Source: Patescibacteria group bacterium (GTDB taxonomy: Bacteria > Patescibacteriota > Microgenomatia > UBA8517). Taken from it: a DNA stretch of 34,563 bases. The stretch lies in the NCBI GenBank assembly GCA_018826545.1, contig JAHKAL010000050.1, forward strand, positions 1-34,563. The letters run 5' to 3'. The translations under genes were made by a program, and so were the position numbers. Shown here one piece after another: positions 7,586 through 15,989 of the stretch (the first letter of the stretch is position 1; each line of letters opens with the position of its first letter). Below the pieces are notes generated by a model. That model made no database searches. It was not told the DNA's origin and worked only from the letters and a program-made list of their open reading frames with translations.

Positions 7586-8137
7586 TTGAAAAAGAAACTA
7601 TACTGGCAAATCAACGAGAGAATTAGATCACCGAAACTAAGAGTTATTGGTTCTGATGGTAAACAACTTGGCATTTTAAAAACAGAAGAAGCTTTGAAAA
7701 AAGCAAAAGAACTAGAGCTTACCTTAGTTGAAATTGCACCTACGGCCAAACCTCCCGTTGCAAAAATTGTAGACTTTGGAAAGTTCCGATATCAAGAAGA
7801 AAAAAAACTTAGAAAAGAAGCTTTAAAAATTAAAAGTTCAGAACTAAAAGAAATAAGATTCTCGCCTTTTATTGCAGAAAACGACTATAATACTAGACTT
7901 GAAAGAGTCAAAGAATTTTTAGCTAATAAAAACAAGGTTAAAGTTACTGTTGTTTTTAAAGGCCGACAAATGGGAAGTAAACAATTTGGGTATGATATTT
8001 TAAAGAAAATATATCAAAGTCTGGGAGATAGTATAGCCATAGATATGGAGCCAAAGTTTTTAGGCAGACATTTAGTTACAATAATATCACCAGTAAATAA
8101 ACCAATTATAAAAAAGGATGAAAAAGACAAAACATAA
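7586..8137 (+). CDS. infC: Translation initiation factor IF-3
   Basis: INERIRSPKLRVIGSDGKQLGI, a linker, and the C-domain KVKVTVVFKGRQM are typical of IF3. No ATG start is available; the candidates are TTG 7586 and in-frame ATC 7610. Confidence 0.9.
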   Translation: MKKKLYWQINERIRSPKLRVIGSDGKQLGILKTEEALKKAKELELTLVEIAPTAKPPVAKIVDFGKFRYQEEKKLRKEALKIKSSELKEIRFSPFIAENDYNTRLERVKEFLANKNKVKVTVVFKGRQMGSKQFGYDILKKIYQSLGDSIAIDMEPKFLGRHLVTIISPVNKPIIKKDEKDKT

Positions 8138-8363
8138 AGTTAGAAAATCGCTTTTAAATAGATTTAAGATTACCAAAAACGGTAAAATTCTTCGTAGACA
8201 AGCATCTCGAAGACATCTTAACGCTAAAAAAAGTAAGAAAAGACTAACAAATTTGAAAAAAAGTGTTGAAGTTAAAGGTTTTTATGCAAAAAAACTTAAA
8301 AAGGCTATGTGTATTAAAAATCCAAATGTATGGGTAGATAAAAAAGAGGAAATAAAAAAATGA
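8118..8363 (+). CDS. rpmI: 50S ribosomal protein L35 (with C-terminal extension)
   Basis: MKKTKHKVRKSLLNRFKITKNGKILRRQASRRHL is L35-like and sits in the conserved infC-rpmI-rplT position. It overlaps the infC 3' end by 20 nt and rplT by 4 nt. Confidence 0.85.
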   Translation: MKKTKHKVRKSLLNRFKITKNGKILRRQASRRHLNAKKSKKRLTNLKKSVEVKGFYAKKLKKAMCIKNPNVWVDKKEEIKK

Positions 8364-8698
8364 CAAGAGTTAAATCAAAAGCACAAATAAATCACAGAAA
8401 AACAAAAAAACTAACAAAAGGTTTTAAACAAGCAAGAAGGACCAGAATCAAAGCAGGAAAAGAAGCTGTAATGCACGCAGGCCAATACGCTTATGTTGGA
8501 AGAAAATTAAGAAAAAGAGACATGAGAGCTTTGTGGATAATAAGAATCTCAGCCGCAGCAAAAGAAAATGGAATCAGCTACAGTAAATTTATAAAAGGAT
8601 TAAAAGACAAAAAAATTGAAATTGATAGAAAAATGTTAAGTAATATTGCTATAAAAGATCCAAACACTTTCCAAAAGATAATTTCAGAGATAAAATAA
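8360..8698 (+). CDS. rplT: 50S ribosomal protein L20
   Basis: The sequence MTRVKSKAQINHRKTKKLTKGFKQARR...RKRDMRALWIIRISAAAKENGISYSKFI is canonical L20. Confidence 0.95.
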   Translation: MTRVKSKAQINHRKTKKLTKGFKQARRTRIKAGKEAVMHAGQYAYVGRKLRKRDMRALWIIRISAAAKENGISYSKFIKGLKDKKIEIDRKMLSNIAIKDPNTFQKIISEIK

Positions 8699-8702
8699 AT
8701 AT

Positions 8703-8744
8703 ATGAGAATTATGTCCTTCACCAGCTTTTTTTTTAAAACCTGA
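8703..8744 (+). CDS. Phe-rich leader peptide (pheM-like), MRIMSFTSFFFKT
   Basis: ATG AGA ATT ATG TCC TTC ACC AGC TTT TTT TTT AAA ACC TGA begins 4 nt after the rplT stop. Four of 13 codons are Phe, including three consecutive TTT. It overlaps segment 1 of the attenuator. Confidence 0.55.
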   Translation: MRIMSFTSFFFKT

Positions 8745-8798
8745 AGCAGGTGGAGAAGTGAAGATTTTATAAGCTCTCCACCAAAGGAGAGCTTTTTT
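8717..8798 (+). promoter_or_regulatory. Four-segment transcription attenuator upstream of pheST
   Basis: Segments 1:2 pair 8717-8728 with 8744-8755 (11 bp, one A:A mismatch). Segments 2:3 pair GGTGGAGA (8749-8756) with TCTCCACC (8775-8782). Segments 3:4 pair AGCTCTCC (8772-8779) with GGAGAGCT (8786-8793), followed by a T-run. These pairings are mutually exclusive. Confidence 0.6.
8771..8798 (+). terminator. Rho-independent terminator (attenuator segments 3:4; also ends the rplT operon)
   Basis: A stem of 8-10 bp, AAGCTCTCC / GGAGAGCTT, with a 6-nt loop, followed by Ts to 8798. Confidence 0.7.
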
Positions 8799-8818
8799 AG
8801 TATCTAAGGAGAAATCTT

Positions 8819-9844
8819 ATGAGAGAAGAAATAATCAGTCTTAAAAATGAAGCAATAGCTCAAATAATGGAAACTAGCTCAATTAGTGAGTTGGAAAATT
8901 TAAGAATTATTTATTCGGGAAGAAATGGAAAACTAACAAGTTTAATTAAAAAACTAAAAGAATTTCCAAAAGATAAAAGAAAACAAGTTGGAATTTTGAT
9001 AAATGAGACTAAAAATTCTTTAAACCAAATAATTTCCTCACAGAAAAATAAACTCTCTTCCTCTTCTAGAAAATGGTTTGATCCAACAATACCCGGAATT
9101 AAACCAAAGTTAGGGAACCTACATTTGGTAACTAAAGCTATAAGAGAAATATCTTTAATCTTTGAAAAAATTGGGTTCGTTCGAGTAAGATATCCAGAAG
9201 TTGAATGGGGTTATTTTGCATTTGAAGCTTTAAATATGCCAAAAACTCACCCTGCCAGAGACGAATGGGAAACTTTTTTTGTTGATTCCAAATTGAATTC
9301 AAAATTCGGTCAAACCGTACTAACACCTCATACTTCCTCAGGACAGGTAAGAGAAATGTTGAGAGTCAAAACCCCTCCCATAAGAATGATCAATATTGCT
9401 AAATGCTACAGAAGACAATCTGATGTTTCACACACACAAATGTTTCATCAGTTTGAAGGACTAGTTATTGATAAAGATATATCGATCATAAATCTTAAAG
9501 GAACTTTAGATTATTTTGCCAAAAACTTTTTTGGAAATAAAAGAAAAACAAGATTAAGACCATATGATTTTAGATTCACTGAACCATCTTTCGAGGTTGA
9601 TATTAGCTGTGACATCTGCAATGGCAAAGGCTGTAAGCTTTGTAAAGAAGGTTGGTTAGAGCTTGGGGGAGCAGGAATGGTTCATCCTAATGTCTTAAAA
9701 GCTGGGAAAATTGACCCTAAAAAATATTCTGGTTTTGCTTTCGGTTGGGGTGTTGAAAGAACTTACATGATGAAATCTGGAATAAAAATTCCTGATATTA
9801 GATTTTTATATAGTAGTGACCTAAACATATTAAAACAATATTAA
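8819..9844 (+). CDS. pheS: Phenylalanyl-tRNA synthetase alpha subunit
   Basis: Strong SD AAGGAG (8806-8811). Class II motifs are present (HPARDEWETFF, MFHQFEGLVI, GFAFGWGVER). Confidence 0.95.
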   Translation: MREEIISLKNEAIAQIMETSSISELENLRIIYSGRNGKLTSLIKKLKEFPKDKRKQVGILINETKNSLNQIISSQKNKLSSSSRKWFDPTIPGIKPKLGNLHLVTKAIREISLIFEKIGFVRVRYPEVEWGYFAFEALNMPKTHPARDEWETFFVDSKLNSKFGQTVLTPHTSSGQVREMLRVKTPPIRMINIAKCYRRQSDVSHTQMFHQFEGLVIDKDISIINLKGTLDYFAKNFFGNKRKTRLRPYDFRFTEPSFEVDISCDICNGKGCKLCKEGWLELGGAGMVHPNVLKAGKIDPKKYSGFAFGWGVERTYMMKSGIKIPDIRFLYSSDLNILKQY

Positions 9845-9848
9845 ATTT

Positions 9849-11801
9849 ATGGATATATTAATACCAAATAGTTGGCTTAAAGAATTTTTAGAAACTAATG
9901 CAACTCCTAAAAATATTGCAAGGTTTCTTTCTTTGTCAGGACCATCTGTTGAAAAAATTTCAAAAGATGGAGATGATTCTATTTACCACACAGAGATTAC
10001 CACCAATAGAGTGGATGCAGTATCTGTCTATGGCTTTGCTAGGGAAGCTTCAGCCATCTTACCTAGGTTTGGAAAGAAAGCAAAATTACTGCCTTTAAAA
10101 TTTAAATCAAAATATAATTTTTTTGACAAAGTAGACTATCTTGACGTAGAAGTTGATAGCAAACTTTGTACCAGATTTACTGCAGTTTTAATAAATGACG
10201 TAAAAATAAAAGATTCACCTCAATTTATTAAAGAAAAACTTATAAAGATTGAATTAAGACCAATTAACAACATTATTGATATTTCAAATTACATAATGCA
10301 TGAGTTAGGACAACCTCTTCATACTTTTGATTATGACAAAATTAAAGGCTCTAAAATGATTCTAAGAGAAAGCAAAAAAGGAGAAAAGATAACTACACTT
10401 GATAATAAAACCTTTACCCTTCCTGGAGGAGATATTGTAATTGAAGACGGTGAGAAAAGACTTATCGACCTTTGTGGAATCATGGGTGGAAAAAATTCAA
10501 TGGTTGATAAAAATACTAAAAATGTACTACTTTTTGTTCAAACATATAATCCTGTAAAGATAAGAAAAACTTCAATGACCTTAGCACAAAAAAGTGAAGC
10601 ATCTATTCTTTTTGAAAAAGATTTAGATGAAGAATTAGTTTCAACCGCAATGAAAAGATCAATAGATTTATTTGAAAAAATAACAGAAGGAAAATCTGAA
10701 AATTTGATTTTAGATATATATCCTAATCCATACAAGATAAAATCAGTAAAAACTAATCTTTCCTTTATTAATAAATCTCTAGGAGAAAATCTTAACAAGG
10801 AAGATATTTCAAATTCTTTAACACCGCTTGGTTTTAAATCAAAATGGCAAAAAGATAATTTAACTTTAGAAGTTCCAAGTTTTAGAGCTAAAGATATTGA
10901 TATCCCTGAAGATATTGTTGAAGAAGTAGCTAGAATTTATGGATACTATAATCTTCAATCAAAACTAATGAAAGGAAGATTACCTGAAAAACTTTTTAAT
11001 TCGCCGTTTGATTTTGAAAATAAATTAAAAGATGTTCTTTCCGGATTCGGAGGAGTTGAAATTTATACATATTCTTTAGTCCCAGAAACTTTTATAGAAA
11101 ACAGTGCCCTAAAACTCAAAAACCCTTTGGGGAAAGATACAGAGTACTTAAGAAATACAATGCTTTCTTCAATAAAAGATGCAGCTATTAAAAATTCTGG
11201 TTATGAAGAGCCTTTTCATATTTTTGAAATTGCTAATATCTACATTCCACAAAAGCAAAATCTACCAAATGAAAAAATGATGCTTGCTGGAATATTTTCA
11301 AAATATGACTTTTCTAAAGCAAAAGGAACCATCGAAGCACTTCTGGAAAAGATAAAAAAAGATTATTCTTTCGAAATTGAAGAAAAAAAAGAATTTTTAC
11401 CAAATCATAGATTAAAAATTATGAATGGGAAAAACGAAATTGGAGAATTCGGAACTTTAGAAAAAAATGATCTTATTTATTATGAATTTGATATTAGACT
11501 ATTGCAAAAATTGGGCAATAAACTTAAAGGCTTTAAAAACCCACCAAAATATCCCGCTCAGATTGAAGATCTTACATTTTCATTTCCTGAAAGAACAAAA
11601 ATTGGAAAAGTAATTGACAGTATTAAAAATTTAGATAAACAAATAGCAAAAATTGAACTTATTGATACTTTTAAAAATTCTTTTACTTTTAGAATTTGGT
11701 ATCAAAATCCAAATAAAACATTAACTAACAAAGATGTTGAAAGTATAAGAAAAAAAGTTATCAGTAATTTATCTTCTAAATTTGGAGCAAATATAAAATA
11801 A
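9849..11801 (+). CDS. pheT: Phenylalanyl-tRNA synthetase beta subunit (short form, apparently lacking the OB-fold tRNA-binding domain)
   Basis: The N-terminal B1-like WLKEFLE... runs directly into EITTNRVDAVSVYGFAREA. B3/4 and B5 regions are present, as is a C-terminal FDX-ACB-like domain. At 650 aa it is about 150 aa shorter than typical bacterial PheT. Confidence 0.9.
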   Translation: MDILIPNSWLKEFLETNATPKNIARFLSLSGPSVEKISKDGDDSIYHTEITTNRVDAVSVYGFAREASAILPRFGKKAKLLPLKFKSKYNFFDKVDYLDVEVDSKLCTRFTAVLINDVKIKDSPQFIKEKLIKIELRPINNIIDISNYIMHELGQPLHTFDYDKIKGSKMILRESKKGEKITTLDNKTFTLPGGDIVIEDGEKRLIDLCGIMGGKNSMVDKNTKNVLLFVQTYNPVKIRKTSMTLAQKSEASILFEKDLDEELVSTAMKRSIDLFEKITEGKSENLILDIYPNPYKIKSVKTNLSFINKSLGENLNKEDISNSLTPLGFKSKWQKDNLTLEVPSFRAKDIDIPEDIVEEVARIYGYYNLQSKLMKGRLPEKLFNSPFDFENKLKDVLSGFGGVEIYTYSLVPETFIENSALKLKNPLGKDTEYLRNTMLSSIKDAAIKNSGYEEPFHIFEIANIYIPQKQNLPNEKMMLAGIFSKYDFSKAKGTIEALLEKIKKDYSFEIEEKKEFLPNHRLKIMNGKNEIGEFGTLEKNDLIYYEFDIRLLQKLGNKLKGFKNPPKYPAQIEDLTFSFPERTKIGKVIDSIKNLDKQIAKIELIDTFKNSFTFRIWYQNPNKTLTNKDVESIRKKVISNLSSKFGANIK

Positions 11802-12137
11802 TTATCTTCGTTTAATTATCTCTAACTTCTTGCCAAGTTTATTTGTTACAGAACATAATATTTCATTTAGACTACTATCGTCAATACATTTTTTATATTT
11901 TTGTTTGAAATCTTCAATGTCAAAATACAAACTAGATTCATTACCAGCTTCTATATTCTGGTTATTTTTTACTCGCAGAAAGAACCAGTCTTTAATGGGA
12001 TCTATAAATTTTTTAATATCATTAACTGGAAATTCTTCCCTTAATTCATCTTCCATCTTTTCCCAAGATGTTGTTTGAGCAGTAACTTTTTCATCAGTAC
12101 CTAAATTGCCAATTTTTTCCTTCGGCATACCAATCAA
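11802..12137 (-). CDS. Hypothetical protein (acidic, about 110 aa)
   Basis: The ORF abuts the pheT stop convergently. The start is either TTG 12137 or ATG 12128. A minus-strand TTGTAT (12171-12166), 18 nt spacer, TATAAT (12147-12142) lies just upstream. No family was recognised. Confidence 0.45.
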   Translation of the reverse strand: MIGMPKEKIGNLGTDEKVTAQTTSWEKMEDELREEFPVNDIKKFIDPIKDWFFLRVKNNQNIEAGNESSLYFDIEDFKQKYKKCIDDSSLNEILCSVTNKLGKKLEIIKRR

Positions 12138-12172
12138 AGAGATTATAGAACATTAATTATTAAAAATACAAG

Positions 12173-14758
12173 TCACAGTGTTGAGGTAGGAGATGGAGAA
12201 GGGGATTGATCCCAAGAAGTATTTACACCAATTGTAATCTGTCTATCAGATTCATTACCATCCTGGTCTTTTGCTTTTGCCCTAATTGTATGAACTCCAT
12301 CACTTAAATCATTTACCTTATAGGTAAATGGAGGACCGTCAAAAGCTCTTTCTTTAACTCCATCAATTTCTAATTCAATTTGTACAATTTTACTTGTCGA
12401 ATCAGCTCTCAGCTTAATTGTGAAATCATTAGGTAAATCCGAAGTTCTGTCAGTAGGGTAATCAAATTCAACATTTATAGGATTTACCTGTCCACAATAT
12501 TCAGTTGGAGGGTGATACCTTCCATCAGACTGAGTTGAGAGCCAATCAAGCACACCTTTTTGCCATCTATTCTCTCCTCCAGAACCTGCAGTTGGATCTT
12601 CTTCTTTAATTGTAAAATATTCATTTTCATCATAATTTCCTGATGAAATATCAGCAGGAGTTGCCAGTCTTCCATCATTTTTACATACTTTAAGTCTTAC
12701 ATGAATAGAGTCCTCTCCAGGTTCGGTCCCTTTAATAAAGTATTCCGTTCTTGAAGGGTAGCCATCATGACTTCTAAACCCTGACATCGAATCAACTGAT
12801 GCTGTTACAATCCCTGATGGAATTTCAAAAGGAGTATCTGCCTTACCTGACAAAGCTTCTAAAACTGATCTTCTCCAAATAGGAGATGCACCTGAAACTC
12901 CTGATACCACAGCTAACATTGAGGAATTATCATTATTACCTACCCAAACTCCAATCATTATTTGAGAATTTCCACCAACTGTCCAATTGTCTTTTTTATC
13001 ATTTGTTGTACCGGTTTTTACAATCAAAGTTCTACCTGAAATATTTAATAAAGAATTAGTTCCAAAAATTTCTGTTCTCGCACCATTATCTGACAAAATA
13101 TCGGCAATTAGAAATGCCTGTTCTTCTGACAAAACTCTTTTTCCTTTTTTAGGATCAACTTCTTCTAATACTTTTCCTTTAGAATCTTCAACTTTTAATA
13201 TTGAAACTGGTTCAACCTTAAAGCCTTTGTTAGTAAAAGCTGAATAAGCAGATGTTAATTCTAAAAGTCTGACCTCACCGCCACCTAAAGTTAGAGAAAG
13301 TCCAACTCTACTTAAAATTTCCTTAGTCGGCTCTAGTGTCGTAATACCCAAATCATATGCGGTCTGCAAAGTATCTTTAATTCCCACTAAAGCTAATGTC
13401 TTAACAGCAATAAGGTTAATAGAATTACCCAGTGCATATCGTAGTTGCATTGGTCCTCTATATTTTCCATCATAATTGACTGGACTATAATCGGGCTGAC
13501 CCTCTCCACCGGGAAAAGTTGTAGGCACATCCATAATCATAGTTGCAGAAGTATATCCTTCCTTAAAAGCAGTCACATAAGTAATTGGTTTTATTGCACT
13601 TCCGGGCTGTCTTAATGACATTGTTACGTTCACTTGTCCATCATAATTAGGATCATTAAAATCTTTTGATCCAACCATTGCTAAAATTTCTCCTGTCTCT
13701 GGGTTTACAGCAACAGAAGCACCATTTGTAATTTTTTGTCCCTCAACTTTTGCAATTTCTTCTTTGACAATATCTTGCATTTCTTCTTGAAGTGTCCAAT
13801 CAAGAGTTGTTGTCACTTTAAGCCCACCCGATTCAACAACATTTTCTCCATATCTATCTTCCAATATTTTTTGCACATATTGAACAAAATGAGGAGCTTT
13901 AAAAAATGCACCTTTTGCTTGAAATTCAATGTTAGGAAGCTCTGCTATAGCTGCTTTTTCTTGATCCTTAGTAATATAGTCATCCTCTCTCATTCTTCTT
14001 AATACTTGCGTTGCTCTCTCAACGTAAGCTTCTGGGTTTGAAGAAAAAGGAGAATAGTAAGAAGGCCTTTGGGGAATACCAGCAATAACTGCAGATTCAA
14101 CTAAATTTAAATCCACTGCCTTTTTACCAAAATAGACTTCACTTGCAGCTTCAACTCCATAAGCAGTACCCCCATAAGGAATTTCATTTAGATACATCAA
14201 AAGAATTTCATCTTTTGAATACTTTTTCTCAATCTGAACAGCTAAAATAAATTCTTTAATTTTTCTAAAAATAGATCTCTCTGAAGTTAAAAGCGCATTT
14301 TTAACAAGCTGTTGAGTTAAAGTAGAACCACCCTGAACTCTCCCTCTTGTAATTATTTTAGAAAGACCTCTTAGCATTCCCAAAGGATCAAACCCTTGGT
14401 GTTTATAAAAGTTTTTATCTTCAACTGATATTGTTGCTTGTTTCAAAAAAAGAGGTACTTCATCAAAGCTAATAGGGGTTCTTCTTTGTTGAGAAAATAT
14501 GTCATATAAGACTTGGCCATTTCTATCTAAAATCTTTGTTGAAAATCCTTCAGATCTAACTATCTTATCAGGAGAGGGAAGAGTAAAGGCAAAAAGAGGG
14601 ATAATAACAAATGAAGCCAAAAGCATACCAACTACTCCCAAAAAGGCAATCTTTGCCAATTTAACCAACTGTCTTGATTTTTGAACATTGGATAATCTTC
14701 TACTAAAAACTCTTCTTGTTAAATATCTTCTTTTAATTCTATCTTTCCACATAAACAC
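12173..14758 (-). CDS. Class A penicillin-binding protein (glycosyltransferase GT51 + transpeptidase) with C-terminal Ig-like domain
   Basis: N-terminal TM helix. GT51 motifs are ISVEDKNFYKHQGFD, GGSTLTQQLVKN and RKIKE. Transpeptidase motifs are RQPGSAIKP (SxxK), SIN (SxN) and KTGTT. About 100 extra C-terminal residues end in SPSPSPTSTL. Confidence 0.9.
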   Translation of the reverse strand: MFMWKDRIKRRYLTRRVFSRRLSNVQKSRQLVKLAKIAFLGVVGMLLASFVIIPLFAFTLPSPDKIVRSEGFSTKILDRNGQVLYDIFSQQRRTPISFDEVPLFLKQATISVEDKNFYKHQGFDPLGMLRGLSKIITRGRVQGGSTLTQQLVKNALLTSERSIFRKIKEFILAVQIEKKYSKDEILLMYLNEIPYGGTAYGVEAASEVYFGKKAVDLNLVESAVIAGIPQRPSYYSPFSSNPEAYVERATQVLRRMREDDYITKDQEKAAIAELPNIEFQAKGAFFKAPHFVQYVQKILEDRYGENVVESGGLKVTTTLDWTLQEEMQDIVKEEIAKVEGQKITNGASVAVNPETGEILAMVGSKDFNDPNYDGQVNVTMSLRQPGSAIKPITYVTAFKEGYTSATMIMDVPTTFPGGEGQPDYSPVNYDGKYRGPMQLRYALGNSINLIAVKTLALVGIKDTLQTAYDLGITTLEPTKEILSRVGLSLTLGGGEVRLLELTSAYSAFTNKGFKVEPVSILKVEDSKGKVLEEVDPKKGKRVLSEEQAFLIADILSDNGARTEIFGTNSLLNISGRTLIVKTGTTNDKKDNWTVGGNSQIMIGVWVGNNDNSSMLAVVSGVSGASPIWRRSVLEALSGKADTPFEIPSGIVTASVDSMSGFRSHDGYPSRTEYFIKGTEPGEDSIHVRLKVCKNDGRLATPADISSGNYDENEYFTIKEEDPTAGSGGENRWQKGVLDWLSTQSDGRYHPPTEYCGQVNPINVEFDYPTDRTSDLPNDFTIKLRADSTSKIVQIELEIDGVKERAFDGPPFTYKVNDLSDGVHTIRAKAKDQDGNESDRQITIGVNTSWDQSPSPSPTSTL

Positions 14759-14762
14759 TTAC

Positions 14763-14791
14763 TTGTTATTGTATCAAATTGAATCTAAAAT
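14763..14791 (+). promoter_or_regulatory. Candidate tyrS promoter abutting the annotated start
   Basis: TTGTTA (14763-14768), 17 nt spacer, TAAAAT (14786-14791). ATG 14792 follows immediately and a second in-frame ATG at 14801 lies 9 nt after the -10. Confidence 0.35.
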
Positions 14792-15982
14792 ATGAAAGAA
14801 ATGAATAAGGGTATTAAAAATCTAATCACTAAATCCATCGATGAAATAATCGTTAAAGATTCACTGATAAATAAACTAAATTCAGGAAAGAAACTTGTAG
14901 TAAAATTAGGGATCGATCCAACAGGATCAAAACTTCACTTGGGACATGTGGTTGTCTTAAAAAAATTAAAAGAATTCCAAGACTTGGGACACCAGATTAT
15001 TCTGATTATTGGAGATTTTACAGCCAGAATTGGAGATCCTAGTGGTAAAAATAAAGAAAGAAAAACTTTAAGTTCTAAAGAAATCGAAAATAATATGAAA
15101 ACTTATAAACAGCAAATAGAAAAAATTCTCGATTTAAACAAAACTAAATTTGTTTATAACAGCCAATGGCTAGCAAAAATGGATCTTAAAAATATTTTCG
15201 AATTAGCCTCAAAGACAACGTTTGCACAAATATTCGAAAGAAATGATTTTAGACAAAGAATTGAAGAAGGAAATGATATTTCTTATTTAGAAACTCTATA
15301 TCCTTTAATGCAAGGTTATGATTCTGTTCAATTAAAAGCAGATGTCGAACTTGGTGGAACAGACCAAAAATTCAATCTTCTAATGGGTCGACAGATACAA
15401 AAAAGATATAAACAAAAAGAACAAGATGTGGTTATTGTAAAACTTCTACCTGGATTAGACGGTGCCAAAATGAGTAAGTCTGCAAATAATTTTATTTCAA
15501 TTGATGAAAAACCTTTTGATATGTATTCAAAGGTCATGTCAATTTCTGATAATTTAATACCTGAATACTATGAACTCTGTACGAATATTTCTTCAAAAGA
15601 CCTAGAAAAAATAGTTAGCAAATTAGAAAACGAAAAAGAAAAAGTTTACGAAATTAAAAGACAATTGGCTAAAGAAATTGTTGAAATTTATCATGGTACA
15701 AATGAGGCCGAACTTGCTAGCAACAATTTCGTTAAAGTCTACAAATATGGGCAATATAAAGAAGCAGAAATTCATATTGTTATCAAAAGTGGTAACTATA
15801 AATTAAGAGAGATCCCAATTTTGTCAAATGCAACAACAAGTACAGTTCAAGCCAAAAAACTTGTAATGCAAGGAGCTGTAGAAATAAACAATAAAAAAAT
15901 ATTAGATCCAAACCAAAAAATTTCTCTTAAAGCAAAAGACATTATAAGAATAGGAAAAAAAAGATTTGTAAAAGTAAAGTAA
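14792..15982 (+). CDS. tyrS: Tyrosyl-tRNA synthetase
   Basis: HIGH-type motif HLGH in DPTGSKLHLGHVVVL, the KMSKS motif, and a C-terminal S4-like domain (AKKLVMQGAVEINNKKI). The true start may be ATG 14801. Confidence 0.9.
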   Translation: MKEMNKGIKNLITKSIDEIIVKDSLINKLNSGKKLVVKLGIDPTGSKLHLGHVVVLKKLKEFQDLGHQIILIIGDFTARIGDPSGKNKERKTLSSKEIENNMKTYKQQIEKILDLNKTKFVYNSQWLAKMDLKNIFELASKTTFAQIFERNDFRQRIEEGNDISYLETLYPLMQGYDSVQLKADVELGGTDQKFNLLMGRQIQKRYKQKEQDVVIVKLLPGLDGAKMSKSANNFISIDEKPFDMYSKVMSISDNLIPEYYELCTNISSKDLEKIVSKLENEKEKVYEIKRQLAKEIVEIYHGTNEAELASNNFVKVYKYGQYKEAEIHIVIKSGNYKLREIPILSNATTSTVQAKKLVMQGAVEINNKKILDPNQKISLKAKDIIRIGKKRFVKVK

Positions 15983-15989
15983 AATAAAA

